Assembly (NCBI GenBank): GCA_051251915.1
Contig: JBPOGF010000004.1
Span: 96,001 to 160,000, forward strand
Origin: Akkermansiaceae bacterium
Lineage (GTDB): Bacteria; Verrucomicrobiota; Verrucomicrobiia; Verrucomicrobiales; Akkermansiaceae
Direction: 5' to 3'
DNA length: 64,000 bases
Shown: positions 10,757 to 20,234 of the stretch, in pieces
Layout of the letters: the number at the start of each line of letters is the position of its first letter
Position numbering within the stretch: the stretch's first letter is position 1
Position numbers and translations under genes: made by a program
The notes under the pieces: generated by a model
Told to the model about the DNA's origin: nothing
Database searches by the model: none
What the model saw: only the letters and a program-made list of their open reading frames with translations

Positions 10757-10783
10757 AGATTATTTAAATGATTAAATTAACGA

Positions 10784-11098
10784 CTATTTTCCACTTCCGA
10801 TATCGGTTGCCGTATTCAATAATTTATCTTTAGCTGCTTTAAGTCGCTCTTTTTGATCATCAGAGAGTGAATCTTCGTCTTTCAGGTCGACTCCTAGCTC
10901 TTCTGCTTTTTTCTTAAGTTCTTTCCCTTCTTTCATTAGCTCCATTAGTTTCGCTGCGTCTCCTTCTTTCATGGCTGCCGCCGTTTTTTCCATTATTTCG
11001 ATAGATTCATCGACTAATTGATCTTTGGGGTTTTCTCCGCATGAACTGAAGATAAATGCTGATAAAGCGACGAGTAGAATATTAAGTATTTTTTTCAT
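10784..11098 (-). CDS. Small lipoprotein
   Basis: MKKILNILLVALSAFIFSSC lipobox, then a helical charged domain. Confidence 0.8.
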   Translation of the reverse strand: MKKILNILLVALSAFIFSSCGENPKDQLVDESIEIMEKTAAAMKEGDAAKLMELMKEGKELKKKAEELGVDLKDEDSLSDDQKERLKAAKDKLLNTATDIGSGK

Positions 11099-11285
11099 AG
11101 TGTAGTATGGTTTATTCCCCTTGTATGAGGTAACTGTGAAGAAGCTTAATGAAACTGCTGTAGATGGGAATAAAATAGTTAGCATAATATATTATACCCA
11201 TGGCTTGCTTCGGGATGTCATGGATTATGGGATAGGCTTTCAGCCCTGCTTGTAGGTTGAAACTGGAGGTGAGAGGGAGTTGGGG

Positions 11286-13862
11286 CTATTCGATGAGGGT
11301 GGCTTGGGTGGTGGGGACCCAGGCTTGGCGGTGGTCGGGGAGTTGGATGTGGTGCCAGTTTTGACGGGTTTCTAGGAGGTGGAATTCTAGGCCGTCTTTT
11401 AGGGGGAGGTCGAAGGCGTTTGCGTAGGCGTAGCTGGGGCCTTTTTTGCTGTTTACTTGGTTGGTGGTGATGATGCCGGTGGGTTTTTGTTGGGCGAGTT
11501 TGATGGTGGTGGTTGTGAGGAGGGTGAGGAAGATGATGGTGGTTGTTAGGGTGGCTTTTTGGAGGGGTTTGGTTCTGTGGCGGAGGTGGAGGAGGGTGAA
11601 TATGGCGAGGATGATGAGGGTGGCTAGGGTGGTGGTTTTTAGGGTGATGAGGGGGATTTTTTGCCAGGTGGTTTGGGTTAGGGGGACTTCGGTGGCTACT
11701 AGGGAGCGGGCGGAGGTGAGGTTTTTTGTGATGTTTTTGTCCCAGGGGGTGAGTTGTTGGGCGTGGCGGTAGGCGGCGATGCTGTGGCCTAGTTCTCCGG
11801 CTTGGAACCAGGCGTTGCCGGCGTTGTAGTAGGATGTTGCGGGTTGGATGTTTTGTTGGGCGGCGGTTTGGTAGAGGAGGGCGGCTTGGGAGTAGAGTTG
11901 GGGGGAGTTTTTTTCTTGGGCTTGTTGGAAGGTTGTTTGGGCGGTTTCCCAGAGTTCGGCTGAGGCTTTGGCGTCAGCTGCGGTTGTTGTTTGTGGGGAT
12001 AGGGTGAGGAGGGTTGTCAGGAGGATTAGAGGTAAGTTTTTTGTGAGGCGTTTGGCTATTTCTGTTAGGGATGAGTAGTTTGGTGTTTGGTTATTTTTGG
12101 TGTAGGTGGATTGGTCTTGTTGTTGGTGGAGTTTTGTTAGGGTGGTGAGGTCTTGTTGGTTGGCGTTGATTTCTTTTAGGGCTTGGGTGGTGTCGCTGAG
12201 GGTCCAGGCTTGGTTGTTGGTGTGGTGGTGGGAGGCTAGCCAGGATAGGAAGGTGGTCCATTTTTGTGGGCTGTTCGATGGGGCTTTTTGGAAGGCTTTG
12301 AGGGTTTGTTGTTGGAGTTTGTAGGTGGGGTTGAGGGCGCGTTTGCGGGATTTTAGGATGAGGGGGATGAGGATGGCTGTTAGGGTGGTGATGAGGGTGA
12401 GGATGAGCCAGAAGTGGGTGTTGATGGTGTGGAGGAGTTGTTGGATGATGTTGGTCATGGTGCTGTGTTGGTGGTTGTGCCAGATGCCTTGTGGGTTGGT
12501 GGTGAGGGTTTGGGTGGCGTTGAGATTTTTTAGGGGGATGGTGGTTTGCTCTTGGTAGGGGTTTACGGTTAGGGGGATGGGTGGGGTGGTGATGGTTTGG
12601 TAGTTGCCGGTGGTGGTGTTGAAGATGGTGTAGTTTAGTGGGGGAATGTTTTGGATGGTGGTGTTGAGGATGCGGAGGCGCTGGGTGAAGGTGGTGGAGT
12701 GTGGGTGCCAGGTTTTGGCGTAGTCGCCGGTGATGAGGAAGCGTTCGTCTAGATTGGGTTGGTTGGTGAGTGGGGGGAGTGTTAGGAGGGCGGTGGGGGT
12801 GTTTGTTTTTAGGTTGATTTGTAGTTCTAGGAGTTGGCCGATTTCTACGGTGTTTGTGGGTTTGATGTTGGTGGTGATTTCTGTGGGGGTGAAGATGCCG
12901 CTGAAGTTTTGGGATTGTTTGTTGGTGGGGAGGGGGAGGACGGTGATGGTGTGGGCTTCTGATGTGGTGTAGAGTCTGGCGTAGGATTGGTCTTGTTCGG
13001 TGGGGGTGAAGAAGGAGTTGTCGAAGTGGGCGACGTATTGGGCAAAGCCGTCTTTGGGGCTGGAGAGTTTGGAGATTTCTAGTTTGGTGGGTTGGAGCTG
13101 GATGGTTCCGGGTTGGTTGAAGCGGAGGTAGATGGGGAGGGTGATGGTTCCTAGTGATTTTGGGTTGTCTGGGTTTAGTGTGCGGGTGGCGATGGAGCGT
13201 CTGCCGCCGATGGGGAGGCCTACTTGGTTGTCTTCGGGTTGGGTGTTGCGGGGGATGGCGATTTCTATGTTTGGGTCGTTGAAGAAGGAGGGGTTTAGGC
13301 GGAGGTTTTGGAGGGCTGGGGCGTGGATGGTGCTGGTCCAGGTGAGGTTGAAGAGGGTGGGTTCGCCGGCGTAGATTTTGGTTTTGGTGGGGGTGATTGT
13401 TAGGTGGAGTTCATCGCTTCGGGTGAGTTCTGAGGCGATGAGTTGGGTGGGGGTGGTTTGGTATCTTTTGGTTTGGTCTTCAGAGGTGAAGGGGATGGGG
13501 GGGAGGGTGGCGATGCCGGGTTTTCTGACTTGGAATTGGATGATGGCGGCGGATTTAGCGGTTTCGGGGGTGGATTCTTTGGTGTTGGTTTGGTCTATTT
13601 CGTAGGTTTCGATGCTGAGGATGCGGGTGGTGTCGTTTTCTATGGGTTCATAGTCGAGGTCTAGGAGGGGTTGTTCTATGGTGGTGGGGAAGTAGACGAG
13701 GGCGTAGGCGAGTTTGTCTGGGAAGATGGAGCGGGTGGTGATTTCTGGTTTTAGGTGGGTGATGGGGAGTTCTTGTTTTGTGGGTTCATCTGCTCCGTCC
13801 TGAGCGTGGATGGCTAGGGGTAGGAGTGTGATTACGGTGGCGATGGCTAAAAGGAATTTCAT
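11286..13862 (-). CDS. BatD-like protein fused to a BatE-like TPR/SH3 C-terminal module
   Basis: Start MKFLLAIATV overlaps the upstream stop (TAATG). BatD-like Ig repeats, TM helix, YYNAGNAWFQAGELGHSIAAYR (TPR), WHHIQLPDHRQAWV (SH3-like). Lies in a Bat operon. Confidence 0.8.
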   Translation of the reverse strand: MKFLLAIATVITLLPLAIHAQDGADEPTKQELPITHLKPEITTRSIFPDKLAYALVYFPTTIEQPLLDLDYEPIENDTTRILSIETYEIDQTNTKESTPETAKSAAIIQFQVRKPGIATLPPIPFTSEDQTKRYQTTPTQLIASELTRSDELHLTITPTKTKIYAGEPTLFNLTWTSTIHAPALQNLRLNPSFFNDPNIEIAIPRNTQPEDNQVGLPIGGRRSIATRTLNPDNPKSLGTITLPIYLRFNQPGTIQLQPTKLEISKLSSPKDGFAQYVAHFDNSFFTPTEQDQSYARLYTTSEAHTITVLPLPTNKQSQNFSGIFTPTEITTNIKPTNTVEIGQLLELQINLKTNTPTALLTLPPLTNQPNLDERFLITGDYAKTWHPHSTTFTQRLRILNTTIQNIPPLNYTIFNTTTGNYQTITTPPIPLTVNPYQEQTTIPLKNLNATQTLTTNPQGIWHNHQHSTMTNIIQQLLHTINTHFWLILTLITTLTAILIPLILKSRKRALNPTYKLQQQTLKAFQKAPSNSPQKWTTFLSWLASHHHTNNQAWTLSDTTQALKEINANQQDLTTLTKLHQQQDQSTYTKNNQTPNYSSLTEIAKRLTKNLPLILLTTLLTLSPQTTTAADAKASAELWETAQTTFQQAQEKNSPQLYSQAALLYQTAAQQNIQPATSYYNAGNAWFQAGELGHSIAAYRHAQQLTPWDKNITKNLTSARSLVATEVPLTQTTWQKIPLITLKTTTLATLIILAIFTLLHLRHRTKPLQKATLTTTIIFLTLLTTTTIKLAQQKPTGIITTNQVNSKKGPSYAYANAFDLPLKDGLEFHLLETRQNWHHIQLPDHRQAWVPTTQATLIE

Positions 13863-15955
13863 TAGTAGTCTTTTTTGACTTTGGCGGCGTTTTGGTCGGC
13901 GCGTTTTTCTTGGCGGAACTGGAGGTTGCTTTGTTCTTCTTGGAGGATGTCTTCTGCTGAGTAGTTGGGTTCTGGGAGGGCTTGCATTTGGGAGGTGGAG
14001 GAGAGGTCTCCTTGCATGCTTTCTGAGGTGGTGGTGCTTTCGCCGTCTTCGTCTGATTCTTCGTAGTCGCCTTCGTCGTCCTCGTATTCTTCGCTGTCTT
14101 CGTCTGAGGTTTGGTCTGAGTTGCTGGATAGGAGGTCGATGATTTCTTGGAGGAGGGTGATGGCGTTTGCTTGTGGGCTGCGGGAGGCTGACCACTCGGA
14201 GCGGTCGGCGAGGGTGTTGGTGGCGGTTTGTTGGGAGGTGATGACTTGGTCGATGTAGGTGAGGGGTTTGGTCATGATGGATTCTGGGGCCTGGTCTGGG
14301 GTGGGGCTGGGCATCATGAGTTTTTGGTGAAGTTTTAACATGACTTCTTTGGAGGTGGTGGATCTAGAGGTAAGTTTTTGTTGGGACTCGTTGTAGAGTT
14401 TGGCGAGGGTGATGACTTCTGGGGTGGTGTGGTTTTTGTGTTGTCTTTCGCTGATGCGGACGTCTTCTTTGAGTTTGGTTTGGGCGTCGAGGATGCTTTG
14501 GAGTTCTTGGATGAGGGCTTGGATTTCTTTTTCTAGGGCTTCGTCTGCTTGTTGTTGTTTTTTCTGGATTTCTTCTAGGGTGTTGATCCAGGTGGAGGTG
14601 GTGATGATGCGTTTGGCGGCGCGGGTGTAGTTGGTGTCGTAGCGTTTGGCGGAGAGGAAGGATTGTTGGGCTTTGAGGGCGTAGGTTAGGGCTTGGGTGG
14701 TGGACTCATCGGCTTGTTGTTGGGAGAGTTGGTAGTAGCAGAGGCCTTGGTTGTAGGTGGTGGCGGCGAGGGTTTTTGAGTCTGCTGGTTGGTCGTTTAG
14801 TTGTTGGTAAAGTTCGGAGAGTTTTTCGTTTGCTTCTTCGTATTTCTTTTCTGCCATTAGGGATGAAGCGGTGTTGAAGTTGGTTTGGTTTTGATTTTGG
14901 TTTTCTGCGGCGTTTAATGGGGAGTGGTAGAGGGTGAAGATGAGGGCGGCGGCGTGGCCGAGTTGGAGTCCTTTGAGGCCCCAGCATTCTGCTAGGATGA
15001 GGAGGATGATGGCGGGGGCGAGGAAGTAGATGGAGGCGTCTTGGTAGAGGGTGAAGCCGTTTTCGCTGTCGGAGGTGGCGGTGGTTTTGTCTTTGGCGTA
15101 GTCGATGTAGAGTTGGCCGAGGTTGAAGGGGGCGGTGGCTACGGGGTGGTATGTGGCGCGGCTGGATTGGTGGGCGAGGTTGGTTAGGGTGGCGTCGTCT
15201 AGGCGGGTGAAGATGGTTTTTCCGTCGATGGTGAGGTCTTCATTATTTCCTTCAGGGGTGGTGATGGGAATGGGGGATGATTGGTTTGGGTTGCCGATTC
15301 CGATGATGAGGGTGTCTGCTTTGTGGGTGTCTAACAGCTGGGCAATTTTGGGGATTTTGGAGCCGTGGTCGCCGCCGTCTGTTAGGATGATGATGTCTTG
15401 GACGTTTTCGCGTTGGCCGTTAGGTAGAAATACTTGGTCGACGATTTTTTCTATGGCTGACTGCATGGTGGTGCCGCCGAAGTCTACGGAGCGGGGGTGG
15501 GCTTGGTCTAACATGTGGGCAACGAAGTCGTGGTCGTAGGTGAGGGGGCAGAGGATGGAGGCGCTGCCGGCGTAGACGACGAGGCCGACGCGCTCGGTGT
15601 CTAGGGTTTCTAGGGCGTCTCGGATGCCTTGTTTGGCGACTTCTAGGCGGGATGGGATGACGTCTTGGGCGAGCATGGAGCGGGAGACGTCTAGGGCGAA
15701 GACGACGTCGCGGCCGGTGGTGGAGATGGATTGGGTCTGGGGGGAGTGTCCGGGTTTGGCAAGGGCGGCGATGGCTAGGGTGAGGGCGGTGAGGCGGAGG
15801 ATGTCGCGGAGTTTGCGGTGGGTGCTGTATTTTGTGCCGAGGGCTTGGGTGACGATGCGGCGTTTGGCGCGGGCGCGGTGGAGTAGCCAGCCTAGGGGGA
15901 TGAGTAGGATGAGTAGGAGTAGCGCGGTCGGGCTCTGGAATGTGAATGAGGTCAT
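13862..15955 (-). CDS. BatB-like vWA protein with TPR region and acidic tail (BatB-BatC-like fusion)
   Basis: MIDAS DVSRS, MLAQDVIPSRL, LTDGGD, TPR YNQGLCYYQL, C-terminal KKDY. Confidence 0.85.
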   Translation of the reverse strand: MTSFTFQSPTALLLLILLIPLGWLLHRARAKRRIVTQALGTKYSTHRKLRDILRLTALTLAIAALAKPGHSPQTQSISTTGRDVVFALDVSRSMLAQDVIPSRLEVAKQGIRDALETLDTERVGLVVYAGSASILCPLTYDHDFVAHMLDQAHPRSVDFGGTTMQSAIEKIVDQVFLPNGQRENVQDIIILTDGGDHGSKIPKIAQLLDTHKADTLIIGIGNPNQSSPIPITTPEGNNEDLTIDGKTIFTRLDDATLTNLAHQSSRATYHPVATAPFNLGQLYIDYAKDKTTATSDSENGFTLYQDASIYFLAPAIILLILAECWGLKGLQLGHAAALIFTLYHSPLNAAENQNQNQTNFNTASSLMAEKKYEEANEKLSELYQQLNDQPADSKTLAATTYNQGLCYYQLSQQQADESTTQALTYALKAQQSFLSAKRYDTNYTRAAKRIITTSTWINTLEEIQKKQQQADEALEKEIQALIQELQSILDAQTKLKEDVRISERQHKNHTTPEVITLAKLYNESQQKLTSRSTTSKEVMLKLHQKLMMPSPTPDQAPESIMTKPLTYIDQVITSQQTATNTLADRSEWSASRSPQANAITLLQEIIDLLSSNSDQTSDEDSEEYEDDEGDYEESDEDGESTTTSESMQGDLSSTSQMQALPEPNYSAEDILQEEQSNLQFRQEKRADQNAAKVKKDY

Positions 15956-16977
15956 GGGACGACGCGGAGGATGGTGGCTTCTAGGGTGAGGGCGATGAGG
16001 AGGGAGGCGAAGGCGATGAGGAGGGGGAGCCAGTAGTATTCTGACTGGACTTGGTAGGAGCGGGTGGAGAATTCTGCGCGTTCGAGTTGGTCGATTTCAG
16101 CGTAGACGTTGAGGAGGGATTGGTAGTCTGAGGCTTGGCGGAAGATGCCGTCGGTTTGCTGGCTGATGTGGTGGAGGGTTTGTTCTGCGGGGGTGAGGTT
16201 TTCTGTAGCTGAGGGATTTGGTTGGTCTGTGTCTGCGTCTCTGATGCTGATGGTGTAGATTTTGCAGCCCCATTCTTTAGCTAGGCCTGCGGCTTCTTCT
16301 GGGAGGTGGGCGCCGGAGTTGTTTTCGCCATCTGTTAGGAGGATGATGACGCGGGATTTTACGGAGTCGATGTCTGCTTGGAAGTCTCCGTGTTTGAGTT
16401 CATCGAGTTTTTTGAGTCGGGCGGCGGCGAGGGCGAGTGCGTCACCGTAGGCGGTGCCGTCTTCGTTGGGGCGTTCTTGGATTTCTAGGTTGTCGACGAT
16501 CTGGACGAGGGCCTCGTGGCCAAATGTTAGAGGGCTGCGGGTGTCTGCGTAGCGGGCGAAGGTGATGAGGCCGATGAGGTCGCCGGTTCTGCCTTTGAGG
16601 GTTTCTCCATCGCCAGCGATGAAGCGGCTTACCATTTTCTTGGCGACTTCCATGCGTGAGGTTTTCTCGTCTTCAAAGCCTTTGATGTTCATGTTCATGC
16701 TGGAGGAGACGTCTACTAGCATCTGGATGGCGATGCCTTCTGAGAGGTCTAGTGAGCGCTGGGTGGTCCATTGTGGGCGGGCGAGTGCGACGAGGATGGA
16801 GATGATGGCGATGCGTCTGAGGGTGATGGGGATCCAGAGGTAGCGGGCTTTGCCGGATTCTTTATCTGGCCAGAGGGTGAGTGAGGGGACGGAGACGGAG
16901 GAGCGGTCGCGTCTGCGGCGGATGAGCCAGAGGGCGAGGGGGATGAGGGCGAGGAGCCATGGGTAGAGGAAGGTCAT
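15952..16977 (-). CDS. batA: BatA-like vWA membrane protein
   Basis: MTFLYPWLL, ALARPQ, DVSSSM, GTAYGDAL, ILLTDGENNSG. Confidence 0.9.
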   Translation of the reverse strand: MTFLYPWLLALIPLALWLIRRRRDRSSVSVPSLTLWPDKESGKARYLWIPITLRRIAIISILVALARPQWTTQRSLDLSEGIAIQMLVDVSSSMNMNIKGFEDEKTSRMEVAKKMVSRFIAGDGETLKGRTGDLIGLITFARYADTRSPLTFGHEALVQIVDNLEIQERPNEDGTAYGDALALAAARLKKLDELKHGDFQADIDSVKSRVIILLTDGENNSGAHLPEEAAGLAKEWGCKIYTISIRDADTDQPNPSATENLTPAEQTLHHISQQTDGIFRQASDYQSLLNVYAEIDQLERAEFSTRSYQVQSEYYWLPLLIAFASLLIALTLEATILRVVP

Positions 16978-17711
16978 GGTTGGTCCTCCTTTGTGAGAGA
17001 ATTTAGTAGATCTGTGGGGGAGAAGGTGGGGTTGTAGAGGGCTTTTTCGATGAGTGTTCTTTGTGTTTCTGTTAGATTGTTAGATGGGGTCTCAAGGAGT
17101 TGGTAGCAGAGGGTTTCTGGGATGGTTCCTTTGGTGAGTTCTGTTTTTAGGGTGTTTAGTGAGAGGGTGGGTGTTGGTTCTGCTGGTGGTGTTGATTTGA
17201 GTTTATTTGTTTTGATGATGTAGGTGCATAGGAAGGCGGGGATGATGAGGAGGAGCCATACGTAGGGATTGGAGGGAGTGTTGGCCGTTTTGGTGGGGAA
17301 GGGTGCGGGCGTTAGGTCTTGGTCTAGTGAGTCGTAGGTGGATACTGTTAGGGTGAGGGGATTTAGTTCTAGTGGGGTGTTGTTAGGGGTAAGGTTTGAG
17401 GTGGCGGTGATGTTGGAGAGGGTGTGTTGGCCGGGGGCGATGGCTTGGAGGATGTAGAGGTGGGTTTGGGTGTATTGGTTATCGCTGAGTGTTACTGGGG
17501 TTGTTTCTTTGGCGATGAGTTGGAGGTTTTTGTTTTTGGGGATGGAGAGGGTGAATTCTTGGTAGGTTGGGGTGGTGGTGGTGGCTTTGAGTTCTACGAG
17601 GTCGCCGGGGAGGCAGGTGGTGGGGGTGAGTTCAAGGTGGATCTCATTTTCTGCTTGAGAGATCATGGTGGAGAGGATGAGGGTGAGCAGTATTTGGAGA
17701 ATATTCTGCAT
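16974..17711 (-). CDS. Bat-operon membrane protein (Ig-like domain plus TM helix)
   Basis: Signal peptide, TM WLLLIIPAFL; occupies the usual slot between DUF58 and batA. Confidence 0.7.
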   Translation of the reverse strand: MQNILQILLTLILSTMISQAENEIHLELTPTTCLPGDLVELKATTTTPTYQEFTLSIPKNKNLQLIAKETTPVTLSDNQYTQTHLYILQAIAPGQHTLSNITATSNLTPNNTPLELNPLTLTVSTYDSLDQDLTPAPFPTKTANTPSNPYVWLLLIIPAFLCTYIIKTNKLKSTPPAEPTPTLSLNTLKTELTKGTIPETLCYQLLETPSNNLTETQRTLIEKALYNPTFSPTDLLNSLTKEDQP

Positions 17712-17715
17712 GATT

Positions 17716-18567
17716 TTATCCTTCGAGGTGTTGCTTGGAGTGGAAGAATGCTGCGAGGGATTCTACTGGGTCTTGGCCGATGGTGTGGTCTAGGAGGTTT
17801 ACTCCGGAGTCTAACATTTTTTGGTTCAGGGTGGTGGTGTGGTTTGAGATGTTGGGTTGTTTGGTGAGGTCGATTACTTTTTGGGTATCGGTTTCTGCGT
17901 CTTGCATGCGGATGAGGCCGGAGAGGTTGGATGCGGTGATTTCTGGGTCTGTTAGATTTATGGCGTTGATGTCGTGGCGGAAGGCTAGGGCTTGGAGTTC
18001 ATCGATGTAGTCATCTGTTAGGAAGTCTGAGACGACGAATGCGACGGAGTGTTTTCTGGCCATGTGGCCGAATCTGGCGAGCATGGTGACGAAGTCTGTG
18101 CCTTTGCTGGTGGGCTGGAAGTTCATGAGTGCGTCCATGATGCGCATGGCGTGGGATCTGCCTTTGCCAGGTGGGATGATGTGCTCGATCTGGTCTGTGA
18201 AGAGGATGAGGCCTACGCGGTCTTGGTTTTTGATGGCGGCCATGGTGAGGAGTGAGCAGATCTCGACCATGGCTGCTCTTTTACTTCCATTTGGGTCGTG
18301 GAGCATGGAGGCTGAGAGGTCTACGAGGAGGTAGAAGTATTGTTCGCGTTCTTCGATGTAGCGTTTGATGTGGGGTTCACCGGTGCGTGCGGTGACTTTC
18401 CAGTCCATGGTGCGGACGTCGTCTCCGGGTTGGTAGGCGCGGACGTCTTCGAACTCGATGCCTCGGCCTTTGAAGACGGAGCGGTATTCGCCGGCTAGTA
18501 GGTGCTCTACTGGCTTGCGGCATTTTAGCTCTAGTAGGTTTAGGCGATGTTCTGCTTCACTTAGCAC
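17716..18567 (-). CDS. DUF58 vWA-like protein
   Basis: GEYRSVFKGRGIEFEDVRAYQPGDDVRTMDWKVTAR, DLSASM, DRVGL. Confidence 0.95.
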   Translation of the reverse strand: MLSEAEHRLNLLELKCRKPVEHLLAGEYRSVFKGRGIEFEDVRAYQPGDDVRTMDWKVTARTGEPHIKRYIEEREQYFYLLVDLSASMLHDPNGSKRAAMVEICSLLTMAAIKNQDRVGLILFTDQIEHIIPPGKGRSHAMRIMDALMNFQPTSKGTDFVTMLARFGHMARKHSVAFVVSDFLTDDYIDELQALAFRHDINAINLTDPEITASNLSGLIRMQDAETDTQKVIDLTKQPNISNHTTTLNQKMLDSGVNLLDHTIGQDPVESLAAFFHSKQHLEG

Positions 18568-18576
18568 GAGGTTGAA

Positions 18577-19545
18577 TTATGAGACGTTGATGGGGACTTG
18601 TTTGAGGATGGTTTCTAGGAGGTCATCCGATGTGATGGCGGCGGCTTCTGCGCGGTAGCTGATGGCGATGCGGTGGCGGAGGATGTCGTGCGCTACGTCT
18701 TTGACGTCTTGGGGGGTGGTGTAGTCACGGCCGTTCATGACGGCTTGGCCACGGGCGGCGAGGGAGAGGAAGATGGAGGCGCGTGGGGAGGCGCCGAAGC
18801 GGATGTATGGGGCGATGTCTTCTTGGAGGTCGTATTTATCTGGGTGACGGGTGGCGTCTACGATGCGGAGGAGGTAGCGTTCGATTTTCTCGTCGATCTG
18901 GACTTTTTCTAGCTCGGTGCGGAGCTGCATGAGTTCGGCGATGGTGATGACGGGTTCGATTTCTAACTGGGGTTCTGTTTTTGCCATGCGCTGGATGATG
19001 AGGAGTTCTTCTTCCATGGATGGGTAGTCGACTTTGAGTTTGAACATGAAGCGGTCGACCTGGGCTTCTGGGAGCATGTAGGTGCCTTCTTGTTCGACTG
19101 GGTTTTGGGTGGCTAGGACGAGGAAGGGTTTGGGGAGGAGGAATGTTTCTCTGCCGAGGGTGACTTGTTTTTCCGCCATGGCTTCTAGGAGTGCGGACTG
19201 GACTTTTGCTGGTGCGCGGTTGATCTCGTCTGCGAGGAGGAAGTTGGCGAAGATGGGGCCTTTTTCTGGGGTGAAGGTGTGGTTGCGGGGGTCGTAGACT
19301 AGGGTTCCTGTGAGGTCACCGGGGAGGAGGTCTGGGGTGAACTGGACGCGTGAGAAGTCTGCTTTGACGGCTTTTGCGAGGGTGTTGATGGTGAGTGTCT
19401 TGGCTACGCCTGGGACGCCTTCGAGGAGGACGTGGCCGTTGCAGAGGAGTGCGAGGAGGAGTCGCTCGACGAGGGTTTCTTGGCCGACTACGACTTGTGC
19501 TACTCGGTCACGGATGGTTTGTAGGGTGTCTGATATTAATGGCAT
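18577..19545 (-). CDS. moxR: MoxR family AAA+ ATPase
   Basis: LEGVPGVAKT, QFTPDLLPGD, LADEINRAPAKVQSALLEAM, ATQNPVEQEGTY. Confidence 0.97.
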   Translation of the reverse strand: MPLISDTLQTIRDRVAQVVVGQETLVERLLLALLCNGHVLLEGVPGVAKTLTINTLAKAVKADFSRVQFTPDLLPGDLTGTLVYDPRNHTFTPEKGPIFANFLLADEINRAPAKVQSALLEAMAEKQVTLGRETFLLPKPFLVLATQNPVEQEGTYMLPEAQVDRFMFKLKVDYPSMEEELLIIQRMAKTEPQLEIEPVITIAELMQLRTELEKVQIDEKIERYLLRIVDATRHPDKYDLQEDIAPYIRFGASPRASIFLSLAARGQAVMNGRDYTTPQDVKDVAHDILRHRIAISYRAEAAAITSDDLLETILKQVPINVS

Positions 19546-19676
19546 AAGCTAGAGTGAAGAGATAGCTTAGGGGGAGGAGGTAATACAGAAAATTTTTTGG
19601 TAAAAACGTGTGGTGATGCTTGGGGGAGAGGGTGAAAAGGGTTTACTCTGGGGTGGGAGTTGGGTAGGTTTTGAGC

Positions 19677-20222
19677 ATGGGACTAGATGGAGTAGAGATG
19701 ATTTTGGCGGTAGAGGCGGAGTTTGAGATTAGTATTTCTGATGGGGATGCTGAGAGGATGGTTACGGCTAGGGATCTGATAGAGGCGGTTTGCAGTAAGT
19801 TGGATGTGGGGGATGATGAGCTTGGGGTGGGGAGTGGTGTTTCTGAGCGTGCGTTTTTTAAGGTGAGGAGTGAGTTGGTGAGGGTTGTGGGGGTGGAGCG
19901 TGGGGAGGTGCGGTTAGAGACTGGGATGGAGGAGTTGTTTCCTAGGTTTAAGGGGGGGGGGAAGTGGAGGTTGTTTGTTGGGAGGATTGGTTTAGATGGG
20001 GTGCCTTGGTATGGGTCTTGGTTGAGTGGGCATAGTGCGCCTCGGTCTGTTAGAGATGTGGTGGAGAGATTGGTGGAGAGGAATCCGGCGTGGTTGAGCG
20101 GGTATGGGAGGTGGAGTAGGAGGCTGGTGAGGGAACGGGTAAGGGAGATTATTTCTGGGCAATTGGGGGTGCGGGATTTTGATGATGGGGATGAGTTGGT
20201 GCGGGATCTGGGGATGGGGTAG
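19677..20222 (+). CDS. Acyl-carrier-protein-like protein lacking the phosphopantetheine serine
   Basis: MGLDGVEMILAVEAEFEISISD resembles ACP helix II with DG in place of DS. C-terminal IISGQLGV..ELVRDLG resembles ACP helix I. Confidence 0.65.
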   Translation: MGLDGVEMILAVEAEFEISISDGDAERMVTARDLIEAVCSKLDVGDDELGVGSGVSERAFFKVRSELVRVVGVERGEVRLETGMEELFPRFKGGGKWRLFVGRIGLDGVPWYGSWLSGHSAPRSVRDVVERLVERNPAWLSGYGRWSRRLVRERVREIISGQLGVRDFDDGDELVRDLGMG

Positions 20223-20234
20223 GGTGGTGAATGG

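Noticed and set aside
11195..11250. Degenerate REP-like palindrome (CCCATGG...CATGG...GGCTTTCAGCC)
   Set aside because: Single, poorly paired copy in the window; cannot be supported without a genome-wide search
13863..14195. 111-aa Arg-rich N-terminal extension of the BatD ORF
   Set aside because: Overlaps the upstream gene in another frame; the real start with signal peptide is the ATG at 13862 (TAATG coupling)
19952..19960. G9 tract in the ACP-like gene as a phase-variation site
   Set aside because: Frame is intact and G runs are common on this G-rich strand
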